A stretch of DNA of 64,000 bases from Tubiluchus corallicola. Taxonomy: Eukaryota > Animalia > Priapulida. Shown piece by piece: positions 26,337 to 38,250 of the stretch (positions are counted from its first letter, which is position 1; each line of letters begins with the position of its first letter). Made by a program: the position numbers and the translations under genes. Below the pieces are notes generated by a model. The model was not told where the DNA came from. It saw only the letters and a program-made list of their open reading frames with translations, and searched no databases. Location: the NCBI GenBank assembly GCA_030141605.1, contig JAQGDQ010000039.1, forward strand, positions 310,001-374,000, given 5' to 3'.

Positions 26337-29300
26337 TGGCGACGAGGATGGGATCCGATGTGGCCATAACAAAAAGAAGCGCCAGCGATTGAAACTGTCA
26401 CTAACGTCAGATATTCGGTAAAGAATTTGTGACTGTCTCAGCGATTCTACGTCATTGAATATTATTTAGCCTGTGGGTTAGAAACTAAATGGATCATCCA
26501 GCATATGTGAACTATGGTGGAAAGGAAATAGGCTCTATAGCACATCTGAACCTTGGGAAAATTATGTCGAAAGACTATCGTGTTACCTACGAGGTTGTAG
26601 GGTGGAAAACGATAATTAGAAACATGACATATTCATCAGTACTGTAGGTGCTGAAGCATTCTCCTTGGGCAGGAGACAGTAGAAGCTAAAACATACAATG
26701 AACTGACAACACTGGTACAAAATCACAAAACGCCAAGACCACCATGGCAGTCCGAAAGACTGAAGTTCTTAAGTAGAAAGAGGAAAGTATAACCAGAAAG
26801 TGAAAAAGAATCAATAATGGAGTATGTGGCAGCGCTGAAAAACTTGATGCCCACCTGCCAGTATATCGAAAAAGAATGTGATAATCAGTTGCGAGACAAG
26901 CTGTTACATGGTTGCAATGATCCTGGTATGCAAACTGAAATGATAAAGGTGTGAGATCAAATGAGTTTGGAAACTGCACTGAAGGCAGCATTAACATATG
27001 AAGCCACCCAGAAAAGCGTCCGTGAAATGACAGATGCGAATGCTCCACTAAATACCACAGTACATCATGTAGACTATAAATTGAAAACGAGTTTCAAACC
27101 AAAGTGTTGGCGATGTGGTGGCAGATATCATCATCCAGAACAGTGTAAGTTCAAAAATGAGTCATGCCAGTGTGAGTTCAAAAATGAGTGTGGAAAAACT
27201 GGACACATTCAGTTGAAGTGCCCAGAAATATCCAGTCGACCAAAAGAGAAAAAGCTATTTTTCAAGAGAAAACGACGTTATAAACAGTTTTTTAAGAAAC
27301 AACATCGGTTAGAAGAAGATGACCATTCCGGCTCTGATGTAGATAGTTCGCCAAATGGTGATGATCAGCACTCTGCATTCAATTTATTTAGGTCCGACAT
27401 TAATGAGTGTCGAAGTACATCGAAGGTTCCACCGTATCATATAGATGTGGTTATAGCTGGAAAAGTAGTGAAAATGGAATTGGACACTGGAGCTTCACGA
27501 CCTACCATCTCTGAATTATTGTATAATAAGTTATTTAGTCACATTTCTTTACTTAAAACTGAATTAACTTTGCGGGGTTACTCTAATGAAGTAATTCCTA
27601 TACTTGGTATTGTAGAGGTACCAGTAGATTATCAGGGGCAATGTCACCATTTAAGATTAACTGTTGTTAAAGGTAATCAACCTACTAAACTTTCACAGAA
27701 TGGTTTTAAAACTAAGGTATTTTCTGTGCTTGATCTAAAGGGTGCCTTTAATCAACTGTTGTTGGATGAAGAATCTGCAAGGTATTTAGTATTAAATACA
27801 CATTAGGGATTACTAGCTACACGTAGATTAACTTATGGTATTAAGGTAGCTCCAGCTCAGTTTCAAGCTACTATGAACAAAATTTTAGCTGATATTGAAG
27901 AATTACTTTGTTATATTGATGATATTCTTATTGCAACCGAACATACGAGCAGCACATGATAGTTTTGAAAACTTTTTGAACAATTGACAAAGTTCAATGT
28001 TAAATTGAATGGGGAAAATGTGTATTTTTCAAGCCTGACGTTAAATATTTGAGACATGTACTTAATGCTGAGGGCACACGCCCTCTAGAGAATAAAATTA
28101 CTGCTATTGTGGAAGCACCAAGACCCACAAATGTGTCAGAATTGAAGTCGTTTTGGGTATAGCAAACTATTACGCCAAATTTGTGCCAAATTTGTCTTCT
28201 AAACTGCATGCTTTGTATGATTTGTTAAGGCACACTGCTAAATGGGCATGGTCAAAAGCATGTGAGGAGGCTTTCTTGTTTGCTAAAGAGTCATTGTTAA
28301 GTGCTCAGGTTCTTGTGCATTTTGATTCTCAAAAGCAGCTAATCTTAAGTGTAGATGCCTCTCCTTTTGGCTTAGGAGCAGTTTTGAGCCACAAGATGGA
28401 CAGACCTACTGCTTTTGCATCTAGGACCTTTAGCTCTGTTGAAAAGGGTTACGCTCAGATTGTTTATCAATAGAAGGTTTATCAATAATTTTTGTTGTAA
28501 AGCGTTTCCATATGTATTTGTATAGGCGCAAATTCACTTTAGTGATGGACCGTAAGCCTCTGACACGAATTTTTAGTCCTAAGACTAGCATTTCTACTCT
28601 GGCTGCTGCCAGGATGCAAAGATGGGCTCTAATTTTGTCAGGATATCAGTATAATATTGTGTACCGTTCTAGTAATGCAAATGCTAATGCTGATATATTG
28701 AGTAGATTCCCAGTTGATACTGCTGACCCCGATGAGCATTGGAATTGTCATTTTAGTGTTGATAATCTGCCAACAACCTCTAGTGAGATTGCAAGTGTAA
28801 CTGCCAAGGATTCTTTCTTGTCTAGAGTGTACAAGTACACTTTATCTGGTTGGCCAATTGAAGTGGATAAAATTTTCTCTACATTTTTTCAGCGTAAAGA
28901 TGAATTGTCAGTTGAGGATGGATGTCTTTTCTGGGGTAGGAGAGTAATTGTTCCTGTACATTTGCAGAAAAGAATACTACCCAGGTGTTACTCGAATGAA
29001 GGCTTTGGCGAGGTCATTCGTCTAGTGGCCAGGTTTTGATCAGGACGTAGAAGAAATTGTTCGGACTTGTCAACAATGTTCAGACTTGTGTAAGAACCCT
29101 AAGCCTGTTCCTCTTTTGTTGTGGCCCTGGGCCACAGAACCCCGGCAAAGGATTCATGTAGACTTCGCAGAAGTTAGAGGTCAGATGTTTTTCTTAGTTG
29201 TTGATAGCTTTTCTAAATGGCTTGAGGTTTTTCCGATGACAAGTACTACTTCGTCAGCTACTATTACAGCTTTGAAAACCTTGTTTGCCAGATTTAGCCC

Positions 29301-30439
29301 CAAAGATTAGTTTCAGATAATCGACCCCAATTCATTTCTGAAGATTTCAAGTTGTTTTAACAACAAAATGATATCGAACACACTCTATGCCCGCCATACC
29401 GCCCTTCAAGTAATGGGCTAGCTCAAAAATATGTGCATACTCTTAAACAGATGTACAAAAAGTGTGATGCGCGTATGCCATTACATCATAAGATAGCACA
29501 TGTTTTGTTTAATTATCGCAATGTACCACATAGCACTACTGGTAAGACTCTCTCTAAACTTTTTTCTAAAGAGAGCTCGTAGAACTGTGTTGTCTTTAGT
29601 TAAACTTAGCTTGGAGCGTAAGGTAGAACATAAACAAGAGGCAAGTAAACTACATCGTGATGGTAAAAACCCTAAATCTCGTGTATACAGTTTGTATCAA
29701 CATGTTAAAGTTCGAAATTTGAGAGGAGGTAGAGAAAAGTGGATTCCCGGTATAATAACTGAAATCAAGGGTCCTCATATGTACTTAGTTAAACTACCTG
29801 GTAATATTGTTCGATTTGTACACGCTGATCATTTGATGCATAATAATGCAAGAAGTGATTGTGAACTGAAAGTTGGCAAAGAGCCGTATGTTAAACCTAG
29901 CCCTAGTGTAATTGAACCAAAATCAGTTGTAATGTTCCAACAACTGATGTACAGTTACATCATGATATTAAGACGCCCTCTACTACTACTGTAATCACTC
30001 TGTAGAACCAATTGTAAACCAAAAACATTTTGTAGTGAAACGACCTGACACATGTAAAGATGTGTTACCTGCTAAATCACCAAATGCTGTTCATGTCGAA
30101 GAAAATCCTAACACTACCTTGAGAAGGTCTAAAAGAACCATTGTTCCTCCAAAACGGCTGAATTTGTAATTAATACTGCTGCTTGAGGACACAGATGTAT
30201 TAGATATGTTTTGTTTTGCTACCCTATATAGGGCAAACATATGCTAGTTACTAGTTGCAGTTTAATGTTAGTAAATTTCAAATGTTATTGTTCACACTGC
30301 ACATGTTGATTTGAGGATAAGGTTCATCCTAATCCTCTGGGAAATTTTTGTGTTGCAAATTGCAATGTATGTGTTTCATTTAGAGTGAATTTCTTATATT
30401 TAATTTTGTATGCAGGTTCACAGTGTAGGAGGGAGGAAA

Positions 30440-30643
30440 TGTTGTATTTGTGTGAAATCTTGTGATTAGTGATGTGAGCTAGTTAGTGATGCCTGGAAAG
30501 GAGAACACGTGTAGGGATATATGGCGTTTGAAAGTACATGATAATTTTTTTGTTTAACATATCGTTCATTACATTTGAAATAATAAAGTGTTATCCAAAT
30601 AGCAATTATCGAGTTGATGTAATATTGACAAAGACATAAAACA
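30440..30643 (+). repeat. 3' LTR
   Basis: TGTTG...AAAACA, preceded by the polypurine tract; contains AATAAA. Confidence 0.92.
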
Positions 30644-30699
30644 CATAAGAAAGTTCCTCATGAAAATCTTTTAAAATAGACACACCCATATTTGTTTAT

Positions 30700-31110
30700 T
30701 GATTCCTAGCCTGAAAAGCTGATTCCAGAAAAGCTACAATAATCTTGCATAATTGCATGTCTTGGCTACTCATTTATAAAGAGAAATTTATCATTGTCAT
30801 TAATTTTGGTATGGCAAAAATATGCAGAGAACAAATTTTCAATATTATTAAAAAGTGTCAATCCATCATCCTAATAACGTGGACAATTCTTGACTAAGTG
30901 CATTTCATCTTCAGTTTGTTTAGGTCAATATAAAATACAAATTCGCTCACGCACAAGTATTTTGGTTTATGATACCGCCAGATTCATTAGCGATTTTATG
31001 TGCTTATCCTAAATTTTGTATAGTCTATTATAGCCTGCTTTGTTGCATTAAGAGATAAATAATTTTCATCTAAGTACAAGCACTCTTTCTTTAAAGATGT
31101 GAAATGTCCT
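30700..31110 (-). mobile_element. LINE ORF2 C-terminal fragment, same family as 5240-5560
   Basis: Collinear with 5240-5545 (CAGAAAAGCTACAATAA, TTATCATTGTCATT, AACAAATTTTCAATATT, CAAATTCGCT); frameshifted. Confidence 0.75.
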
Positions 31111-31701
31111 CATTTGATTTTGAACTTCTCTTCTATTTATGTCATTATTATCATTAAACAGAGTTCTTTTTTCCCAGTGTAAAATATATCGTTCCTGCAA
31201 GTCTTGGGGAATTTTGTGCTGTAGTATTTCGGTTTTATGAATTCCCTTGATGCTTCCATGTTGCAGGATTCTTCATCGCAGGTCACAATAAAACCTAAAT
31301 ATCTTTGCTCATTAAGCAAAGTAAAATTTTACGCATTTCTTTTGTTCCACACAAACCTAGCTACCAATCTAACATAATTGAATAAAATAAACTATAGTCA
31401 CGAAATCAGGAACAAAATAGAAGTATCTCAGTAGGTTTGTGACAAACAAAAATGTGTCTACTAATAATTTATCGAGTTTGATTTTTATGTTTTAAGAAAA
31501 TTTCAAAATTTCTGCGGTTGCATTGGGAGGCACGTAGTAGCTTTTTCGTTCATTAACGAAAAAAAATTCAAAATAAATTATATTTCTATAGCGTAGATTA
31601 GTTGACCAGCTGCTTGTTAAATTTGCTTTTGGTGCAAAGTGATCTTGTCACTGATAGCTAATATTAATGTGTTAACAATAGCTAATGTCCCCGTTTTTCA
31701 G

Positions 31702-31892
31702 GTTCGCACTTCCGTTATTACAAGGATCATTCTATGATGTGCTTATGTGGAGTTGTACAGGAAGGCATTACTGATGTTCTTGTACCTCAGTGACGCGTTC
31801 TCATGTTAGAACTCTTATTTGGCATTGGCATTATAATTTCTGTGTTTGTCATTGTTATTCATGAACAGAGCACTATTGATCAAATTTTTAAT
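31702..31892 (+). pseudogene. Decayed duplicate of SLC7A4-like coding exon 3
   Basis: Collinear with 11432-11623 (GTGCTTATGTGGAGTTGT, CTCTTATTTGGCATTGGCATTATAATTTCT, ATTCATGAACAGAGCACT). The acceptor is kept, but there is a 1-nt deletion, a TGG>TGA change and loss of the donor GT. Confidence 0.9.
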
Positions 31893-32668
31893 TCAAGAAT
31901 AGCTGTTGTCTTATGAATATAAAAATTTCATGTGCGGCATTATTCTGACTTTAGCATGCCCTCATAATTTCACAACATTAATTCCAAATATCTCAGACAT
32001 TTATTCTGAAAAACAAACTATGAAACATGGACTATTTCTTGAATTACACTAAGATTTCGACTCTTCAACCTATTTTTACAGTTCAAAATGTTTATCAGTA
32101 TCAGGATTGACAGTAGGGCTAAAATACATAAAGAATGCTAATGTTCTCAAAAAATCCAAACTATCCATGAATGTATGTCCTATCGTACTTAATAAGATTA
32201 TGTTACAACATAAAAAATTAAATAACACTTGAATGAAAGACAGTTTGTCATCACAGCAGTTTTATACTTTTATTACAATTATTAACGCTTCAGTCATTGC
32301 ATTTATAAATCTGAAATATTGGCAGCGACACTGGAAAAAAGATCTCAGTAGTTTTTCCCCTACATCAAATGACAATAAAAATAATAGCAATTATTATCAT
32401 TTGTTAGAAATTGATGTAAGTACACTCTAAATACTGTTCTCAAACTTAAAAATGAAATTACTGTGAAAAGTAGCTTTTCAAAAGAATAAAAAACTGTTCT
32501 AAATATTTATATTGTAGATCATCTGGTATTGATTTAAGAGCATTTTTGTTAGCTTGAAGCATTTACCCGTACGTAAGAAAATGAAGAAAAAGAAAGCCCC
32601 AAGCCAGACAAGTCTGGTGTTGAGATAAATGAATATGGCATCCATTTTTATTGCCCCTGCACACAACG

Positions 32669-32740
32669 GAGGAAACAGGGCTGTGAACCCAGAACCTCCG
32701 GATTGGTACCCAAGAACCATGCCACTAGGCATCCACGCAC
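32669..32740 (-). mobile_element. tRNA-derived SINE-like head
   Basis: Minus strand GTGCGTGGATGCCTAGTGG (A box) ... CTGGGTTCACAGCC (degenerate B box), within an insertion absent from the paralogous region. Confidence 0.45.
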
Positions 32741-33098
32741 ATAAGCAAAAACATTCAAAAATCAAAATGAATTATTTAAGAGCATATTGATCTTAAATGC
32801 ATAGAAATTGACCATAAGCTTCCAGAAGATCACAAACCAAACATAAGAATATTGAGGCCCTTAATATTACTAATGGATATCAAGATCTACATACTGCAAG
32901 ATGTTTATACAACTCAAAGTTCTCAAGTCGCTAACAAACATCAGAAATTCCATTTGCAATTACATGAAGATGGTAAATAATGATCATATGCACCGTATGG
33001 CGTGCGCATTGATTAGTAAGTGCTCGGCTAATCTTGCAAATTTTGTTATCTTCATCTCTTCTTGCGCTACTATTTTCTTTATTGTAATGTATTACTAC

Positions 33099-33499
33099 TT
33101 ACAAATGACTAAGAACAAATCGACTGGCCCATTTCTCTAATGGTATATCCTCTTGTTCTGCTTTCTTCAGAAGTCGACTTGGTTTCCAGTGTCTGGCATT
33201 CGGATACATATTTTGGTAGTACGTTAATAGTCCAAGTACCTTTTTCAAGCCTACAGATTGTGCATAATGCATTGGACCACCTAAATGTCTCGGCCAGCCA
33301 TAACCAAGCCAAATGACATCAATGTTGCTGGCAGTGGTTACAATCCTTTCCTCTATTATATGGAATCCTTCATTTATCATAGGATAAATACATCTTTCTA
33401 TTATTTCTTCATTGGTTACGGCCCTAGGCGTGATGTTGTGAGCACTCCTGTAGTTTTCCAACATTGACAAAGTCCACTCATCTTCGTATGCAACACGGC
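33099..33499 (-). CDS. EHHADH: Peroxisomal bifunctional enzyme copy 2, exon 4
   Basis: Same length (401 nt) and acceptor as copy 1; ends LSHL-stop. Confidence 0.9.
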
Positions 33500-33848
33500 C
33501 TTGAAAAGAAGACCATTTTACTGATTAACACGACCGCTACCAACTATCGAGAACAATGACGTGATCAAGATTTAAAACCGCTTTGCTTTAAATACATTTG
33601 CATAGAGCAAAAAGTTGTTAGAATAAACAAATACACAGATAATGAGCCATTTAGGAGACTGAAAGGAAGGTAGAAAAAAAGAGGTAAAGAAAGGGAAAGA
33701 CAGGGGGAGAAAAAAGGAAAGACTAAAAATGTGAGAGGAGGGGAGACTGCGAGAAGAAAAAGAAGAGAAAGTGAGGCACAGGAAAGAGTGCCAGAGGGAA
33801 CAGTGAGGGAGGTATTTTGAACTGCAGCAAGAATGTTGTGCAAAATAC

Positions 33849-34062
33849 CTCTATATTTGTACCATCCTGCTTGTGTTTTTCGACCTAGTCTTCCTTCGTG
33901 GCACAAGATGTCTGTCAGCGGATTAGCAAGACCGTAATCTTTTGTATCTTTCTTATCTCCCAGAGAAGGTCGTGTACCATGAAAAATTGTATAATGTATA
34001 TCTAGACCATTCATATCTTCCATTTTAAAGGGTCCTATTCCCATACCAAAGTCTTCCATTAC
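33849..34062 (-). CDS. EHHADH: Peroxisomal bifunctional enzyme copy 2, exon 3
   Basis: 214 nt, intact splice sites, paralogous to 12964-13177. Confidence 0.9.
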
Positions 34063-34353
34063 CTAAAAAAACAGCCTTAACATAACGGTACATTTATTGG
34101 ACTGTAATATTATGCTTAAGGTGCTCTGTCTGTTATGAAACTACACATCACTAATACCAAAAATATTCAGAAATAAATCTCATACAAAAATTTTCCATCA
34201 TGTGTCATCTAAAATGCACCACAGTTTTCCTCCTTGTTCGTTCAGACATATTACTAATGTTTTCTGATAAATTTCAAGTTTTTTCCCTCTCTAAAGCAAG
34301 TTAAATGCAGAAGTAAGTATACACAGTTTTTTATCTATCAATATATATATTAC

Positions 34354-35542
34354 CTTATCTATAACATATGGAGAGGTACCTTCTTTCACAAGTTCATCTC
34401 TTTCTCTAATATACAAAAACAACATCCGATTTCCAACAAATCCTGTGCAATTTGCAACCACCACTGCACGCTTCCCAATTTTCTTGCACATATGCATAGC
34501 TGTAGCAATGGTATTAGGCGATGTCTTCTCTCCATAAACAACTTCCATCTTTTCGTTAATATGTGGTGGCGTCAAAAAATGAGTGCCTAATACCTGCCTG
34601 GGTCTGCTAGTGGCTGAAGCAATTTCGTTTATATCCAACATTGAAGTGTTTGTAAACAGCATTGCAGAAGGCTTGCAAACTTTATCCAGCTTTTTAAATA
34701 GTTGTTTTTTTAGTGCCATTTGTTCGTAAACTGCTTCGATGACGATGTCTGCACTACTGAGCCGTTGCACGTGCACAGATGGTGTAAGCCTATCCATGCA
34801 GGCTTGTGTTTCCAAAGTCGTTTGTTTTCCGAGACGTACACTTTCAGCATAAACTGCAGAAATTCTGCTGACTGCTGCAGTCAGTGAATGCTCATCACTT
34901 TCAACAAGGGTGACGGGCAAATTAGCATTTAAAAGTGAAACAACGATTCCAGTTCCCATAGTTCCACCACCGACTACACCAGCAGATGAGACTGCATAAG
35001 AAAAGGCAGCTCTGTGACTAGCACCTTCACTAGTATGCCACTTAGCTGCATTTTTTTCAGCATTGAATACATACTGAAGAGCCTGTGATTGTCCTGAAGC
35101 AAATAATTCGACTGCATATGCAGACACTTTCTGTAAAGCTTCTTCATACGGATACTCATATGCCGCGCGAATAGCTTTGACACAAAAAACAGGAGCCAGA
35201 GCACCTCTGAAACGTCTCTTAGCCATTGCGAGAGATATATCACATAGTTCATCTAAAAGTTCTGCGTCTCTTAGTGGCATTTGTGAAATGATGCGATCAT
35301 TGAAAGGCTTCTCAGCTATAGAGCTGGCGAATTTAACAGCTTGATTGAAGAAATTACCAGTAAATGTTTTATCGACGAGTCCTGCTTGTTGTGCTTCTAT
35401 CATGTTGATACTTCTACCCCGAACCATCATATCTAGAGACACTTTTAATCCAATCAAACGGGGGAGATATTGTGTTACTGTTTGTGGAAGAACACCTATA
35501 AGCACTTCCGGTAGTCCAATTCTTGCAGCTTTTTCGCCAACT
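34354..35542 (-). CDS. EHHADH: Peroxisomal bifunctional enzyme copy 2, exon 2
   Basis: 1189 nt, open frame, all motifs as in copy 1. Confidence 0.93.
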
Positions 35543-36468
35543 CTAAAAGATTTTTGAAACAATAAATTTGAAGCAGGTGGTATATAAGATTGTGTTAGTC
35601 TATAACTTACACTGTAAACGTACTATACCATAGTTACTAATTGTTCTGTTATTTGTGGTAAACATTACATAACATCTACATTCAGTTACATTTTATGCTT
35701 ATCAGTACATATGTGCATAATCCGTTAACGACGGCATTCATTATTGATTTTACAGACCATTTACTCTTTCTCTTTACATATGTATTTCTTGCATATGCTG
35801 CCTTGTACATAATTCTACATACGTCAACGCATGGTTAAGAAAGCAAAGACGCAAGTGTGACATGGAGTTGCTGGGTCGGGTATCTCGTCCTAGAGGATTT
35901 CCCTTCGTAATTAGTTAGTTCAGGTCCATCACAATTATGTAGCCCGGCCCGTGCGTTGAGTGCTGGAGCTCAGCTTGCAAATTCAAAACTGTATCTACAA
36001 TAATAGATATAATATGTACCAATGACTTACTGTTTTCTTGCAAAAAGTGGAAATCGTTGCATTTTTAATACACACTTCAAAAATTGCCAAAAAGAGGATG
36101 CAATTATAATTTTCTTATATAGAATTTGGTCCTGAGATGGCACAAGCTTGATACATGTTACTTAAAGAAGGCAGTATAATTGTAAAATTAATAGTTTGGG
36201 TGTATTACCGAACTAAATTATTTTAGAAGTATTATTTCACTTTAGAGTTAGAATTACAATTAGAATTCGATTATTTTTCACCTATTAGTAAGAAATATTA
36301 TTACAATGTCACAATATTGAAACAAATAATAACATTAATATTAATTTTTGTTACTATATAAAGGTGAAGGGGTGGAGAACGAATATCAGCTACCTAGTCA
36401 GCCACCCCGGTATTTACTGTTGTGTTCACTATGAATAAGCGACAAACTGACATAATTATAATAGTTAC

Positions 36469-36597
36469 GGTTTAGTGCAATAAATCTGTGTGAGACTAAT
36501 TTTGAATCAACTTTTCAACCTGCACTATCAAAATTAGTCTGTGTGACACTATTTTTCCACACAGACTAATTATTCACACAGATCAGTTACACTAAAC
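36469..36597. repeat. Small palindromic MITE-like insert in intron 1 of EHHADH copy 2
   Basis: GTTTAGTGCAATAAATCTGTGTG / CACACAGATCAGTTACACTAAAC plus an internal AATTAGTCTGTGTG / CACACAGACTAATT inverted pair; absent from copy 1. Confidence 0.6.
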
Positions 36598-36791
36598 AGT
36601 GTAATATTTAAACATAATTTAACATACTGGAGAATTTCTACATATACACAGATTGTATTAAGCTCTCATGCACACGCGCACACACACAACCTCTCATGCT
36701 CACATGCGCCTATGTATGTGTGAGTAAATTCCTCTCTGTAAACATCATTGTGTGATGTAAATGTATTGTAATCGTCCTTTTTATCACTTAC

Positions 36792-37132
36792 CTGTAATGA
36801 CAAGCTAATGCAAGCTCAAGACCACCTCCCAACGCAAATCCGTGTATGGCGGCAATAATGGGCTTGGGTGAATTGCTCATCTTGCTAATTATGTCACCCG
36901 TTGGTTCCTTGGAATTATCTCCTGACGCAAATTCCGGAATGTGCATGCCGGCTGAAAAACATGCACCATCGCCACAGAGTAGCACTGCTGAAATTCGAGG
37001 TGTATCTAAGGCTCTTTGAAGGTTCATTTTTAAGCTTTTCCGTACTTCATGAGTGAGGCTGTTAACAGGAGGATTCTGAATTTTGACTACAGCTATCTGA
37101 CCCACTGTTAAATATGTGCTACGTAATGCCAT
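36792..37132 (-). CDS. EHHADH: Peroxisomal bifunctional enzyme copy 2, exon 1; model 37132-36792,35542-34354,34062-33849,33499-33099 (714 aa)
   Basis: 341 nt, crotonase motifs, donor AG|GTAAGT; 13 of 114 residues differ from copy 1. Confidence 0.92.
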
Positions 37133-38167
37133 TATGTATATTCTGCAACACTTGCAAACGATGACACAGTAATAGCAGAAATAGTGCAGTATCAGCAGTG
37201 TTTCAACGAGTAATTATTACTATTACTAAGTTTATGAGCTTTGCACACTGGAACAGGACATTGGCTTGCTGTAAGGTTAAACTACGAGGTACTTTAACCT
37301 TTGCTCGATTTATAGTGAACACACTGCTACATACAAGCTTGTACCTTTGCGGGTGCCCAAGGCTCAGGCAAACAACGACCAAGAGTTTTCATTACAACCT
37401 TTGACAACAGATGACAGATGAATCAGCTTGTACTACAATCTGTAATGTTCAGCATGTTTACATATTTTAGTATTTTAATATCTTGGTTGTTGATTAAACT
37501 ATCTTTGAAGAAAATTATTACCACTTTATGAAATATGCAGCTTCTGCAAATTTTTAGCATTAACGAAAAGATAATTATTATGATAATAGTATTAAATACA
37601 ATAAAAATATTGTTGAAATTTCAGTTGTGGCTTTCATGTATTGTAGCTAAATTTAAGCTAGTCTTTACCTGCTATATCATATCCTAGACGACTGACTATA
37701 CCTATTGGTCAAACCTCGATACCCATATAATTAATGATTCGCGGTAATAACTCTGTCTAATTTGTGCAACATGGTGAAGAACAGGCATGTAAGAGCGTCT
37801 GAGTTGCAACCAGTGGTGTAACTATGCGCCCCACGTCGGTCTCTACAATTGCTGGAGGCCTATAAGGGCTAGAGGGGCTATTGGTCGTGAAGAAGAGCCA
37901 CCAAAGGCATTAGAATAACACGTAATTGCCTTTACTAGACAAATTTTGTATCATAAAATCGCGAACAAAATAATTCTAAGAACTTATATCCTAACTGGTT
38001 TGGTAATATGTTATAATTATAATTCTGTTAATTGTAATATTTTAACAGAAACCTATTATATGTTGAAAGATATTATAATATCTATGATATATTCGTTTAT
38101 TTATTTTTGTCATCAATAAACAAATTCATTGCTATGTTATATAATGCACTACATGAGTATTATATAG

Positions 38168-38170
<3 letters not shown>

Positions 38171-38219
<49 letters not shown>

Positions 38220-38220
38220 A
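38171..38220. repeat. (TA)n microsatellite
   Basis: Direct reading; paralogous to the (TA)n(TG)n tract at about 25697-25734. Confidence 0.95.
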
Positions 38221-38250
38221 GTATTATATACATAGTAGTATATATATTAT

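Larger units (their letters stand above)
26135..30643 (+). mobile_element. Ty3/gypsy LTR retrotransposon (probably Mag-like), degenerate
   Basis: LTRs at 26135-26336 and 30440-30643; PBS TGGCGACGAGGATGGGAT (26337-26354); polypurine tract AGGAGGGAGGAAA (30427-30439). Order gag CCHC (CWRCGGRYHHPEQC), protease (LDTGA), RT (LDLKGAFNQL, YIDD), RNase H (SVDASPFGLGAVL), integrase (RIHVDFA, VVDSFSKW). Many stops and frameshifts. Confidence 0.95.
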
